A stretch of 64,000 nt of DNA from an uncultured Clostridia bacterium (GCA_944349515.1 CALVNE010000001.1:9703-73702), one strand, 5' to 3'; numbered from the stretch's first letter, positions 35,743 through 46,393 are shown. Notes: generated from the sequence alone by a model not told the origin. Numbers and translations: made by a program.

Positions 35743-37023
35743 ATGGGGTTATTTAGTCGTAAAAAGAAAGAAGAAAAAAGAGAACTTGATAAGAAAACTA
35801 GTGATTTTATTAAAGGTGTTGACCTAGATAATGCTGCCACAAGCAATAGTGGGGTTGATGTAGATGAAGAAACCTCACTTAAGATTTCGGCGGTTTATGC
35901 TTGTGTTAAAGTTATAAGCGAAACAATAGCAAGTTTGCCTTTACATTTATTGAAAGAACTAACCAATGGAGATTATGAAAAGGCAAAACAACATCCTTTA
36001 TATAATGTGCTCTACGAAATACCGAATAGCGAAATGACTAGTTTTACATTTAGGGAAATGTTGATGACTAACTTGCTTTTATGGGGTAATGCTTATGCAC
36101 TTATTCGGCGAAACAGATATGGGCAAATTACAGAACTATATCCATTAAAAAGCAAGAATATGACAGTGGAGCGAGATCCAAAAACAAGGGTTATAAAATA
36201 CACATACACAAATGGTGTTAAAACAAAAACATACACATCAAAGCAGGTATTTCACATACCTGCTTTTACTTTTGATGGCGTGCTTGGTGTGAGTCCGATA
36301 ACATATGCACGAGAAGCAATGGGGCTTGCTCTTGCGACAGAAGAATTTGGTGCAAGGTTCTTTGGAAATGGTGCAAGACCAGGTGGAGTGCTAGAGCATC
36401 CAGGGGTAGTAAAAGATCCAGAGAAACTAAGAGATAGTTGGAACAAAGTTTATCAAGGCACTGCAAACTCACACAAAATTGCCGTGCTTGAAGAAGGAAT
36501 GAAATATCACGAGATAGGCATGAGTCCTGAAGATAGTCAGTTTCTGCAAACAAGGTCGTTTCAACTGACTGAAATTTGCAGAATATTTCGTGTTCCGCCT
36601 CATATGATAGGCGATTTATCACGAAGCACATTTAGCAATATAGAGCATCAATCTATCGATTTTGTTGTTCATACCATAAGACCTTGGCTTGTAAGATGGG
36701 AGCAAGCAATTTCACGAACCTTGCTGACTGATGAAGAAAGAACTATTTATTATGCAAAATTTAATGTTGATGGATTAATGCGTGGCGATTTTGCTACTCG
36801 AATGAGTGGTTATGCAATCGCAAGACAAAATGGTTGGATGAGTGCGAATGAAATTCGAGCTCTTGAAAATATGAACAAAATTCCACCAGAGCAAGGTGGA
36901 GATTTGTATTTGTTGAATGGCAATATGATTTCAGCAGCGCAAACCAACCCAGTAAACAGTGGAGGTGCAGGGAATGTAGAAAATAAAGGAGATGAAAATG
37001 GAGAACAAAGAAAATCAAATTGA
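35743..37023 (+). CDS. Portal protein (HK97 family)
   Basis: AAAGGAG RBS before the ATG at 35743 (the listed ORF starts at a GTG inside the terminator). Size and position between terL and the prohead protease fit a portal. Confidence 0.8.
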   Translation: MGLFSRKKKEEKRELDKKTSDFIKGVDLDNAATSNSGVDVDEETSLKISAVYACVKVISETIASLPLHLLKELTNGDYEKAKQHPLYNVLYEIPNSEMTSFTFREMLMTNLLLWGNAYALIRRNRYGQITELYPLKSKNMTVERDPKTRVIKYTYTNGVKTKTYTSKQVFHIPAFTFDGVLGVSPITYAREAMGLALATEEFGARFFGNGARPGGVLEHPGVVKDPEKLRDSWNKVYQGTANSHKIAVLEEGMKYHEIGMSPEDSQFLQTRSFQLTEICRIFRVPPHMIGDLSRSTFSNIEHQSIDFVVHTIRPWLVRWEQAISRTLLTDEERTIYYAKFNVDGLMRGDFATRMSGYAIARQNGWMSANEIRALENMNKIPPEQGGDLYLLNGNMISAAQTNPVNSGGAGNVENKGDENGEQRKSN

Positions 37024-37615
37024 AAGAAGAACGATAACTTTAAAAGAATTGAGAATTATTGATGAACTTCCGACATCAAATGCTGAACCAGTTATAGAAG
37101 GCTATGCTTCGGTGTTTGACTCGTGGAGTGAAGAACTAGGTGGAGAATTTCCTTTCAGAGAACGAGTTGTAAAAGGTGCGTTTGAAGAATCCATACAAAG
37201 AGATGATATAAGGGCGTTGTTTAATCACGATCCAAACTATGTATTAGGAAGAAATACTTCAAACACTTTATCACTTGAAGAAGATGAAAAAGGGTTAAGA
37301 GTGAGAATTACACCACCACAAACACAGTGGGCGAAAGACTTGCTTGTGAGTATCAAAAGAGGAGATATCACACAAATGTCATTTGGCTTTACAGTTATTC
37401 TAGATAGGTGGAGTTATGAAGATAACATTGATATAAGGGAACTTTTAAAAGTCAAACTTTATGATGTTAGTCCAGTAACTTTCCCGGCATACAGCCAAAC
37501 AGAATGTGGTATAAGGACTATTTTTGAAAGGCACAAGGAAGCACAAAAGAGCAAAGACAAAAACAAAAGAAATCTTGAAATTAAAAAACAAAAATTGAAA
37601 TTTATGGAGGATTAG
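36998..37615 (+). CDS. Prohead protease (HK97 family)
   Basis: IEGYASVFDS...FNHD motifs. AAAGGAG lies 6 nt before the ATG at 36998. Confidence 0.8.
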   Translation: MENKENQIERRTITLKELRIIDELPTSNAEPVIEGYASVFDSWSEELGGEFPFRERVVKGAFEESIQRDDIRALFNHDPNYVLGRNTSNTLSLEEDEKGLRVRITPPQTQWAKDLLVSIKRGDITQMSFGFTVILDRWSYEDNIDIRELLKVKLYDVSPVTFPAYSQTECGIRTIFERHKEAQKSKDKNKRNLEIKKQKLKFMED

Positions 37616-37616
37616 A

Positions 37617-38984
37617 ATGCGTTCAATTAAAGAAATGAAGGCAAGAAAGAACGATTGCCGACTTAAAGCACTTCAAATTATTGAGAAGGCAGAAAAGGAA
37701 GATAGATTCCTTACAGAAGAAGAAAATAGAGAACTCAACAATCTTGAAGAAGAAATGAGAGGTTGGGAAAAGAAAATTATTAGACTAGAAGTGTTCAAAA
37801 ATGATACAAATGAGTCTTCAAATGATGTAGATGATGTAAAACCAGATGTAGAATCGTCTCCAACACAGACAAAACCAACAGCAAACACAACCAATGATAG
37901 TGCTGGCGAAGCTGATGAAGATGAAGTTATTAAAGATGATCCAAAGAAAGATGAAGAAAGGAAATTTAGAAGTCTTGGCGAACAAATGATGGCAGTGTAT
38001 AGAGCATCAATGCCAGGCGGAAGGTTAGATAGAAGATTGACCACCAGATCAGCAAGCGGTTTGAATGAAACAAACCCAAGCGATGGTGGTTTTTTAGTGC
38101 AAAAAGATTTTGTTGCTGACCTTTTGAAGAGAACTTATGAAACAGGTATTCTTGCTTCAAAAGTAAAAAAAATTCCACTTTCTACAAATGCGAATGGTAT
38201 CAAAATCAATGCAATTGATGAAGATTCTAGAGCAAATGGTTCTCGTTGGGGTGGAATTCAAACTTATTGGGAGAATGAAGCTGATAAACTCACTGGTAGC
38301 AAACCAAAATTTAGAACAATGGAATTGTCCCTTAAAAAACTTACTGGACTTTGCTATGTAACAGATGAACTTCTTCAAGATTCCGCAGCACTTGAAAATG
38401 TTATTCGTGAAGGTTTTGCAGAAGAGTTTGGATTTAAAATCGATGATGCAATTCTTGCAGGTACTGGTGCTGGACAACCACTTGGAATTCTTAATTCAGG
38501 TTCGCTTGTAAAAGTAGAAAAAGAGGCAGGACAAACTGATAAGATCACAGTAGAAAATTTGGTTAAAATGTGGTCAAGAATGTGGTCGAGATCAAGAGCA
38601 AATTCAGTATGGTATATCAATCCTGAAATCGAACCATTGCTTTATACATTGAAAGTGGGCGATAAACCTGTTTATATTCCTGCTGGCGGACTTTCTGAAG
38701 CACCATACGGAACACTCTTTGGTCGTCCTGTTGTTCCTCTTGAACAATGTTCTGCAATTGGCGAAGTGGGAGATATTATCCTTGCAGACTTCAGTCAATA
38801 CATTTTAATTGATAAGGGTGGCATCAATGCAACATCATCAATTCACGTTCGTTTCCTTTATGATGAAAATGTATTTCGCTTTATTTATAGAGTTGATGGA
38901 CAACCAGTTTGGAATAAAGCACTTATGCCATACAAGGGCAGTGCATCAGTAAGTCCATTTATTGCACTTGCAAAACGAAATTAA
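37617..38984 (+). CDS. Major capsid protein (HK97 fold) with N-terminal coiled-coil delta domain
   Basis: Follows the protease. Coiled-coil/acidic N-terminal part, then an SDGGFLV...-type capsid core. Confidence 0.8.
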   Translation: MRSIKEMKARKNDCRLKALQIIEKAEKEDRFLTEEENRELNNLEEEMRGWEKKIIRLEVFKNDTNESSNDVDDVKPDVESSPTQTKPTANTTNDSAGEADEDEVIKDDPKKDEERKFRSLGEQMMAVYRASMPGGRLDRRLTTRSASGLNETNPSDGGFLVQKDFVADLLKRTYETGILASKVKKIPLSTNANGIKINAIDEDSRANGSRWGGIQTYWENEADKLTGSKPKFRTMELSLKKLTGLCYVTDELLQDSAALENVIREGFAEEFGFKIDDAILAGTGAGQPLGILNSGSLVKVEKEAGQTDKITVENLVKMWSRMWSRSRANSVWYINPEIEPLLYTLKVGDKPVYIPAGGLSEAPYGTLFGRPVVPLEQCSAIGEVGDIILADFSQYILIDKGGINATSSIHVRFLYDENVFRFIYRVDGQPVWNKALMPYKGSASVSPFIALAKRN

Positions 38985-39002
38985 AAAAGGTAGGTAAAAA
39001 TA

Positions 39003-39377
39003 ATGAGTCAATACATTACAAATAAATCTGAAATTTTGAAAGAGTCAGGAGCAATTTTTGCTTCTGACATTAAAACCGATAACATTAAACTTGATAACTA
39101 TCAATCAGCGAAAGTTATCATTGAGTCAGGCGAAGGAGATGCTGTAGAAACTACATTGTCTGTATGCATCACAAAAGATGAAGAAGAAATTGTGATTAAA
39201 GAGAAAACAATCACAATTGGAGCAAACATTGTGTCTGGCATTGATGTTGTAGCAAATGAACTTGCACACTATGATGCTACAGAATTTTATGTTAAAGTTG
39301 CGAAAGTTGCAGATAGTGTTATCACAGGCACTATTTATGCAATTCTAGCAGAACCAAGATATGCAATAGAAGATTAA
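39003..39377 (+). CDS. Hypothetical head-associated protein
   Basis: Assigned by position after the capsid gene only. Confidence 0.35.
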   Translation: MSQYITNKSEILKESGAIFASDIKTDNIKLDNYQSAKVIIESGEGDAVETTLSVCITKDEEEIVIKEKTITIGANIVSGIDVVANELAHYDATEFYVKVAKVADSVITGTIYAILAEPRYAIED

Positions 39378-39392
39378 AACAAGGAGAACCAC

Positions 39393-39665
39393 ATGCCAAC
39401 AGTTGAAGAAATGAAAGTCTATCTAGGTATAGATGGAGATTATTTAGATTCTCTCATATTAGATTTTATAAACCTAGCACAAAACATAATTGAAAAGGTA
39501 TTGAGATATCCACTTTCAGAGTTTCAAGAAATCCCTGCAACCATTAAGGAAACTGCAAAATACATTGTTTCTGCTTATTACACAAATAGAGAACAAACAA
39601 ATGTAAAAGAACTTGAAAACAATGTTGCTGTTTTACTTTCGGAGTATAGGAGAAAAGAGTTTTAA
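39393..39665 (+). CDS. Head-tail connector (gp6-like)
   Basis: MKVYLGIDGDYLDSLILDFINLAQNIIEKVL matches the typical connector N-terminus. Confidence 0.6.
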   Translation: MPTVEEMKVYLGIDGDYLDSLILDFINLAQNIIEKVLRYPLSEFQEIPATIKETAKYIVSAYYTNREQTNVKELENNVAVLLSEYRRKEF

Positions 39666-40027
39666 TGAAAGAGAATAAAGACAAGAAAGTGCAGATTTTT
39701 AGGCTTGAAACAAAGCTTGTTGACTCCTATGAACAAGTGGTAAAGATTTATATCCATAGCAAAGAAAGTGGGGGAATTTGGGCATTTGTAAGGCAATTAT
39801 CAGAAAATGAAAGGTTTTCAGCAAAAGCAGTGCAAATCGAAGAAACAACACAATTTAAGATAGTGTATAATCCAAAAATAAACAACGAATTATTCATTGA
39901 ATTTAATGGAAACACCTATCAAATTGTTTCAATAGATAAATACCAATTTAATCATACAGATTTGGTTATAAATGCCAATCAAGTATTGGCACCAGAGTTT
40001 GATGAGGTTATGTATGAGAACTATTGA
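39665..40027 (+). CDS. Head-closure / head-tail adaptor (SPP1 gp16-like)
   Basis: Size, position and the IWAFVRQLSENE...FKIVY pattern. Confidence 0.5.
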   Translation: MKENKDKKVQIFRLETKLVDSYEQVVKIYIHSKESGGIWAFVRQLSENERFSAKAVQIEETTQFKIVYNPKINNELFIEFNGNTYQIVSIDKYQFNHTDLVINANQVLAPEFDEVMYENY

Positions 40028-40439
40028 AGCAAGGAAAAAGTGTAGAAAAGAGATAATCTCAATACTAAAAAATGCAGGTTTGAAAGAAGGGATAGGCTTG
40101 TCGGACAAGGAAATAGATGAAGCGAAAGAAACATTGTTTTGGCATGGTGTGGTTCGCAATCCAAAAGCAAGAAATAAGACAAATTATGTTGCATATTACT
40201 TTCCGACAAGCCAGTATTCAATAGTTGCAGACAATAGCGATTTTTTGAAAGAAGTTATTGTGGCAATAGACGTTTTCAGCAAAAAGAGTTTTGATAGTAA
40301 AGATAACCTTGATTTGTTGGAATTATTAGAAAATAGTTTTATTGATAATGGATACGAAGTGGAGTTTGCTGATGAAATTTTTGAGTCAGAAACTTCACTT
40401 TTTCATTATCCTTTAACACTTTACAAATTATTTAGTTAA
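40014..40439 (+). CDS. Hypothetical tail-completion-position protein
   Basis: The ATG at 40014 overlaps the end of the upstream gene. Assigned by position only. Confidence 0.35.
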   Translation: MRTIEARKKCRKEIISILKNAGLKEGIGLSDKEIDEAKETLFWHGVVRNPKARNKTNYVAYYFPTSQYSIVADNSDFLKEVIVAIDVFSKKSFDSKDNLDLLELLENSFIDNGYEVEFADEIFESETSLFHYPLTLYKLFS

Positions 40440-40450
40440 AAGGAGCGAAT

Positions 40451-41053
40451 ATGCCAACGATAGAAAATGTGTCTCAACTTTATGAGACAGGAAACAAAAA
40501 GTTCTTTGCGGCATCAGTAACTGAAGATGGAAGCTTTGGCGAGAAAGAGTATCATGAAGGACTTATGGAAGTTGCAATTGAATTCAAATCTGAAACGACA
40601 GAAATAAATGCTGATGACAATGTTTCGTTTATTCGTCTCAACACTCAAATAACAGGGGAAGGCACAGTCAAGTTTGCAGTTCTTCCTTTTCAAGTTTATA
40701 GCAAATTTTTTGATGTTATAGAAGATAAAAACGGTGCAATTGTTATCAAAAGCAATGGAAAGTCGAAAGAAGTCGCTTTTGGATATTATTCAAGTGTGGG
40801 CGATGGCTCGGAATCTATGTTCACAATGTATAGGGCAGTGTTCTCTCTTCCAAGTTTGTCATCAATGAGTTTTGACGGGAAAACAATTAGGAACTTGACC
40901 TTAAATGTGAAAGTTTATCCATACAATTACATCAATGCTGATGACCAAGAAGAGAAGGTTACTTATACAATTTTAAACAGCAAAATCAATTCAGATATTT
41001 GGGCAGATGTGCAAGATGAAATTTATATTCCAGATTCCACTATAGGAGCATAG
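40451..41053 (+). CDS. Major tail protein
   Basis: 200 aa, immediately upstream of the frameshifting chaperone pair. Confidence 0.6.
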   Translation: MPTIENVSQLYETGNKKFFAASVTEDGSFGEKEYHEGLMEVAIEFKSETTEINADDNVSFIRLNTQITGEGTVKFAVLPFQVYSKFFDVIEDKNGAIVIKSNGKSKEVAFGYYSSVGDGSESMFTMYRAVFSLPSLSSMSFDGKTIRNLTLNVKVYPYNYINADDQEEKVTYTILNSKINSDIWADVQDEIYIPDSTIGA

Positions 41054-41054
41054 T

Positions 41055-41495
41055 ATGAAGCAATATGGACTTATAAAAACAATCAAAATAGATGATGATG
41101 AAATAAAATTGTGTGGCAACGCAATGACTTTCATTTTATATAAAAGTTATTTCGGTAGAGATTTGTTGAACGATATAATCAGTTTTGCAAAGAAAAATTC
41201 TAGTCAAGCAACACTAGAAAAATTGAGAGAATTGAAAATCGAAAAGGTAGATGATATTGAATCTTTGACACCAGAGCAAACAAAGTCGGTGCTTGAAACA
41301 ATAGAAGAATACAATTTTGATAGCGAGTTTATTTTGAATTTTCTGGCATCACTTATGGCGACTGCTATATATCCTGAAAAAGTGGATATAGCAGAGCTTA
41401 TTATGTCAATTCCGCCATACTTTGTTTCGGACACGAAGATAATAAACGAATTACTAGAATTCTTCTCTCTGTTTATATCTCAAAAAAAAAGATAA
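41055..41495 (+). CDS. Tail assembly chaperone (G-like)
   Basis: Lies between the major tail and tape-measure genes. Ends in a slippery A-run. Confidence 0.7.
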   Translation: MKQYGLIKTIKIDDDEIKLCGNAMTFILYKSYFGRDLLNDIISFAKKNSSQATLEKLRELKIEKVDDIESLTPEQTKSVLETIEEYNFDSEFILNFLASLMATAIYPEKVDIAELIMSIPPYFVSDTKIINELLEFFSLFISQKKR

Positions 41496-41746
41496 GACCA
41501 AGTTTTCAAAACAGCAACTTTCCACAAATTGAAACTGACTTCACAACACAAATGCTCTATTGTGCTGTTAAAACGGGCGTGCAAGTTAACATTGCCGATA
41601 TTGGATTAAATGTCTTTTATGATCTAGTAAATTACTCATCACAAATAGATGCCATAACACTAGCAAGAGCTGAAGGCAAGAATATAAACTACACACCACC
41701 AATGTCCATTGCTGAAATGACATTAAAAGGCAAATTAAGAGGTTAA
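41055..41746 (+). CDS. Tail assembly chaperone GT-like fusion made by the -1 frameshift (joins 41055..41489 to 41489..41746)
   Basis: The -1 frame reads KKKIRPSFQNSNFPQIETDFTTQMLYCAVK... with no stop and contains listed ORF 41552..41746. Confidence 0.6.
41483..41489 (+). promoter_or_regulatory. -1 programmed ribosomal frameshift slippery heptamer A_AAA_AAA
   Basis: An A9 run (41482-41490) lies just before the stop at 41493-41495. The -1 frame is open from here to 41746. Confidence 0.7.
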
Positions 41747-41747
41747 A

Positions 41748-42149
41748 ATGGCAAGTTGGAATGATGGTGTTTCAAAAGAACTATATAAGTATTTTGAGAG
41801 CATAAACAACTTTGGAGATTTGGCAATTCAAAGTGTTCAAGAACAGATAGATTTAGAAGTCGAAAAATTATATCAGCAATTGCAAGAAACAACACCAAGA
41901 GGTAAAACCCTTGGTCTATTAAACTCTCTTCGCAAAAGCAAAATCACAGTTAGATACAATTGGTATGGATATACAATAGAATTTGAAGGCGAGGATAGAA
42001 AAGGCGTGCCTTATCAAAAAATTGCAAACATCTTAAACTATGGTTCAAGCACTATAAGAGGAACAAGATTCATTAGTAAAGCAATCCACAATTTGAAGGG
42101 TCTTGATGACCGAATTGATGAGAGATTTAAAACAAAAATAAATAGGTAG
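41748..42149 (+). CDS. Hypothetical protein with HK97 gp10-like C-terminal motif
   Basis: ANILNYGSSTIRGTRFISKAI resembles the gp10-family EfGT...pFl.pA motif. Its position before the tape-measure gene is unusual. Confidence 0.3.
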   Translation: MASWNDGVSKELYKYFESINNFGDLAIQSVQEQIDLEVEKLYQQLQETTPRGKTLGLLNSLRKSKITVRYNWYGYTIEFEGEDRKGVPYQKIANILNYGSSTIRGTRFISKAIHNLKGLDDRIDERFKTKINR

Positions 42150-42161
42150 TAGGAGGTGGGT

Positions 42162-43745
42162 ATGGAAGTCGGTAGAAGTCTAGATGATATAGACCAAAAA
42201 GTAAAGAAACTAAACTCTTCCATAAGAGAATCTACCTCTATGGTAAGAGAACTTGATAAAGCATTAAAACTTGATCCAAATAATGCAGAAGCAATGGCCA
42301 ATAAAATGAAAAATCTTCAAAATGAAGTTGGTCTTGCCACACAAAAGGTTGCTTTATTAAGGCAAAAGCAATTAGAAGCGAATAAGGCATTTCAAAATGG
42401 AGATATGACTGCAAAAGAATTTGCAAAAGTTGAACTTTCTGTTTTAAAAGCCGAGAACGAATTAAAAAAATACAATAATGAACTAGAAAAGATCTCAAAC
42501 AGTTCGACAATAACCAAGATAAATAATATATCCAAGGGCTTTGATAATGTAACCACATCATTACAAAAAGCACAAAGTGCGGCAAGCACTTTTTCAAAAA
42601 TTGTTTTAACATTAGTCACTTCTGCCACTGCACTTGCGACTGCTTTCACTGCAACAACGAGTAGTTTAGTGCAATCTTCAAAAGAACTAGAAGTAAATAT
42701 TGAAAAATTACAATTGCAACGAAATGTATATAAACAAATTACAGGCGACGCAAACAATTATGATAATGCTTTAAATAGTTTAAAGAGTGCATTAAACAGT
42801 ATCACATTAGGACAAGGCACAGCATATCTCAATATTCTCAATAGGTTGGGAGTCTCGACCACTGATTTGGAAGGCAATACAAAGAAGTTGTCTGATATCT
42901 ATGATGAAGTTGTAGTAGCATTGAATGAGATGGAAAACTCTACTCTGAGGAATAATTTGGCCTATGAGTTGTTTGGAGATAGCGCTATTTCAGTTCTTGA
43001 GGTTATGCAAACGTCTCAAGAAACGATTGAAGAATTAAACGAACAGCAACTTGCACTTGGTATAACAACAGAAGAAAATGCACAAGCGGCAGTTGAACTT
43101 CAAACTACCTGGGAAGAAATAAAAACAAAATTTATGAGTGTTGGAGCAGAACTTGCCGAAAGTCTATTGCCACTACTTCAAACATTAAGTGAGTTTATAA
43201 TAGAAACTATAATTCCGATTTTAACCACTGTTATAGGATGGTTTACGAGTTTAGATCCGAGAACACAAAAATTTTTAGCATTCCTATTGATGTTGATTGT
43301 TATTTTGCCAAAAGTTATTTCAATCATAACTGCAATAATAGGTGTTGTGAAAGCAATAACACTTGCAAGTTATGGGGCGGCAGGTGGTATTGGAGCAGTT
43401 TCAGCAGCAAGTATTCCACTTATTCCGATAGCATTGGCAGTTGTAGCAGTTATTTTAACATTAGCATTGTTGTTTGCCTTTCTCACTGGCAGAAGCAATG
43501 AGTTATCAGACCAATTGAACTCACAGGCAGAAATTATGGAAGGAATAACAGATTCGTATTCGGATCTTGAAAAAGATTTTGATATCAATACAACACAAAT
43601 AAGTGAGAATTCAAACAGAGATAGTATAGATGTTAATGTGACCATAGATGCATACGGAGAAACTGAAATGAGTCAAGAAAATGCCGAACTTGTGGCCGAC
43701 ATATTGGCGCAAAGAATCAATAGGGAATTGGGTGGTAAAATATGA
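42162..43745 (+). CDS. Tail tape measure protein (short)
   Basis: Coiled-coil N-terminal half, C-terminal hydrophobic segments. GGAGGTG RBS before the ATG at 42162. Confidence 0.75.
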   Translation: MEVGRSLDDIDQKVKKLNSSIRESTSMVRELDKALKLDPNNAEAMANKMKNLQNEVGLATQKVALLRQKQLEANKAFQNGDMTAKEFAKVELSVLKAENELKKYNNELEKISNSSTITKINNISKGFDNVTTSLQKAQSAASTFSKIVLTLVTSATALATAFTATTSSLVQSSKELEVNIEKLQLQRNVYKQITGDANNYDNALNSLKSALNSITLGQGTAYLNILNRLGVSTTDLEGNTKKLSDIYDEVVVALNEMENSTLRNNLAYELFGDSAISVLEVMQTSQETIEELNEQQLALGITTEENAQAAVELQTTWEEIKTKFMSVGAELAESLLPLLQTLSEFIIETIIPILTTVIGWFTSLDPRTQKFLAFLLMLIVILPKVISIITAIIGVVKAITLASYGAAGGIGAVSAASIPLIPIALAVVAVILTLALLFAFLTGRSNELSDQLNSQAEIMEGITDSYSDLEKDFDINTTQISENSNRDSIDVNVTIDAYGETEMSQENAELVADILAQRINRELGGKI

Positions 43746-44638
43746 GAAAGTTTTGGTTAGAAAATGAATCAGGTAAGAAATGGAATCTAACCCCAAAAAA
43801 TCCTTACGATAAAGATAGCAGTTTCTTTGCAGATCCTAGTGGGCTAGGAATACAAACCAAAGTAACTAGTTATGAAGTTGAGAATACTTGCTTCATAGAA
43901 GAAATAGAAACGCAAACTCAAACAATTTCTGGAAACTTATACTTTTCTAGTTATGAACACTTTACAAATTTTGTCGAATTTGTGGGAAACATTAATACAA
44001 CAACGCCTTTAAAATTATATTATTCGACTGGAGGAATAAGTTTTGATTATTCACTAGAAAGCGAATGGTATAAATTAGTTTTAATAAATGAAATAGATAA
44101 AAGCGAAATTGATTATAAAACAGGTTTTTTGAAGTGCAAAGTGAAGTTTATGTGTTTATCAAGATGGAAGAAAGACAAAAAGATTGTTTTAGAATTAAAT
44201 AGATATGGCGAACCGTTAGTGTATCCTTATTATTATCCATATTTTTATGGCGGGAGCAATAATCTTGCAGTGGATATAGACAATGAGGGGAATTTGCCAA
44301 CAAGTTGTGTGATTAAAATTGAAGCTGTGACTGATACTCCATTTATAAGAGTTATTCAAGATGGAGAAATAAAAGACCAAGCAAAGTATAACTTAATTGT
44401 AAATGAAAACAGCTATTTATTGATAGACAGTAGTCCAGATTCGCAGGAAGCAAGTTTATACACAAAGGTTGATGACAACTATGTCAAAGAAGATGTTTAT
44501 TATATCGGCGAAAAAGATTATTCATATTCAAATTTTATTACTATACCATCTGGAAAATCTACAATTGTTTTTTCTGCAACCAATACTGACTTTGGAAAAG
44601 TTACGATATCATATTCCATACAAAAGGAACTAGTGTAA
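43742..44638 (+). CDS. Distal tail protein (Dit-like)
   Basis: ATGA overlap with the tape-measure gene. Size and position fit. Confidence 0.55.
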   Translation: MRKFWLENESGKKWNLTPKNPYDKDSSFFADPSGLGIQTKVTSYEVENTCFIEEIETQTQTISGNLYFSSYEHFTNFVEFVGNINTTTPLKLYYSTGGISFDYSLESEWYKLVLINEIDKSEIDYKTGFLKCKVKFMCLSRWKKDKKIVLELNRYGEPLVYPYYYPYFYGGSNNLAVDIDNEGNLPTSCVIKIEAVTDTPFIRVIQDGEIKDQAKYNLIVNENSYLLIDSSPDSQEASLYTKVDDNYVKEDVYYIGEKDYSYSNFITIPSGKSTIVFSATNTDFGKVTISYSIQKELV

Positions 44639-44639
44639 A

Positions 44640-45713
44640 ATGGTGCATTATAGAATTTATGCGAGAAATAATCTCGAATATATAGATGGTGGGGTAGTAA
44701 AAGATTATTCCATTGATTACGATATAATTTCAAACAACACTAGCACTGCATCAATTATAAATATTTCAAATGGTTTTAAGGGAGATATAATTGCTTTAAT
44801 TGATGGCAGTTCTCTTGTAGAATTAGGAGTGATAACATCAATAGACAATACTGAAAAGAAAATATCATTTAAACACATGAAGGAACTTTTTAATGATACA
44901 GTGATAAATGTTTTCAAATTTACAGATTTGCTAAATTGTAAATTTGATGGGGTGCAAGGTTTAAAAGTTATACTCAATTATGCTTTTATAAATATCGTTG
45001 ATGTAAAGAAAAAATTACCATTGGAAATAAGAACATTTGGAAGTGACACCAATTGTGTTTATACAACTGATGAAGATACAATTAACATACTAGATTTTAT
45101 AGACTGGTTGTTTAATACTTATAACATATACCTAGACTTTTCAATAGATTTTGTCAACAATAAAATTGTGTGTACAATCATAAAAAATTCAACAGAAGGA
45201 TATGTGATAAAAGACAATATTAAGTTGTCAAAACCTGAATTTGATAATAATGATATGCCAACCTATAACAAGGTTGTTTTTTATAATTCAGAGTCTGGTG
45301 TTGAAGAAGGAACATATTATTTGCTGTCAAATAACGAAGTTAGTTCTGATTTAAATGATGAAAAGAGAATTTTGCCAACACAAACAAAATATGTTTCTTG
45401 GGATGAAACAGAAGCAATCAAAGAAGGATACACAATGCAAGATAAAGCCGAGAGTGAACTGTGTGGAAATATTTATAATCATTGCATTTTATACAAATTG
45501 GCAAAGAAACAAACAATGATAAATTGCAAAAATTTTAACTACGGGGATAAGGTTACAATTGTTTATAAAGACAGAGAATATGAATCCATCTTCACAGGAC
45601 TTAAATACACAATGTATGATCCGTATTATACTTGTGTTTTTGGGAAAACAAGAATTGATTTTACTGATAGAATGAAAATTTATAACGATAAAAGATATAG
45701 GAGAAAGACATAA
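44640..45713 (+). CDS. Tail-associated / baseplate hub protein (Tal-like N-terminal domain only)
   Basis: Assigned by position after Dit. No lysin domain seen. Confidence 0.45.
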   Translation: MVHYRIYARNNLEYIDGGVVKDYSIDYDIISNNTSTASIINISNGFKGDIIALIDGSSLVELGVITSIDNTEKKISFKHMKELFNDTVINVFKFTDLLNCKFDGVQGLKVILNYAFINIVDVKKKLPLEIRTFGSDTNCVYTTDEDTINILDFIDWLFNTYNIYLDFSIDFVNNKIVCTIIKNSTEGYVIKDNIKLSKPEFDNNDMPTYNKVVFYNSESGVEEGTYYLLSNNEVSSDLNDEKRILPTQTKYVSWDETEAIKEGYTMQDKAESELCGNIYNHCILYKLAKKQTMINCKNFNYGDKVTIVYKDREYESIFTGLKYTMYDPYYTCVFGKTRIDFTDRMKIYNDKRYRRKT

Positions 45714-46393
45714 TGGGTTACATTTTGAAAGGAATAGGCGATAAAGTCACTGGCAAAAACGAAATAGTGCCGACTTTTGATGCAAAAATATATAACTTTT
45801 GTGCGCAAAGTGTTCCAGGAGTTATAGCAAGCGAAAAGAATAAATTTTCTATTTCATTGATTGATAGAGGTATTATTATAGGACCAGGACTGGCACAAGC
45901 ATTTGGTTATTTTGGTGTCAGTGATGCATCAGTTCAATTTAATTTCATTATTCCATCAGGACAAACTCAATACGCAAAGGTTTATGCAGAGTTCGATTTA
46001 TCTGCAAGACCACAATCATTCTCAATCAAAGTAACACCACAAAGCAACACAAATATCATCGAACTTACGCAAGATGATTTGTCTGAAATACCGGCAGGGG
46101 TTTATCAATTGCCACTATATCTCATAACATTACAAACAAATGGAACAATCTCATTTACTGATATACGAGAACTTTTAGAAAGAATATCTTATTCAAATCA
46201 TAGTTTGGAATCAGACCATACATTAGAATCAGACCACTCTCTACAAGCAGATAATGCCACATTGGCGCAAAGAATTGTTTATACGACCACATTGCCATCA
46301 AGTAGTCCGCCAGTAGGAACTCTCATAATCTACAATGGTACCAGTGTTCCAGCAACTAGGTATGATAGGGTTCTATACCTTATAAGTGTATGA
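45713..46393 (+). CDS. Hypothetical tail/baseplate protein
   Basis: Assigned by position. Contains a short HSLESDHTLESDHSLQAD repeat. Confidence 0.4.
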   Translation: MGYILKGIGDKVTGKNEIVPTFDAKIYNFCAQSVPGVIASEKNKFSISLIDRGIIIGPGLAQAFGYFGVSDASVQFNFIIPSGQTQYAKVYAEFDLSARPQSFSIKVTPQSNTNIIELTQDDLSEIPAGVYQLPLYLITLQTNGTISFTDIRELLERISYSNHSLESDHTLESDHSLQADNATLAQRIVYTTTLPSSSPPVGTLIIYNGTSVPATRYDRVLYLISV

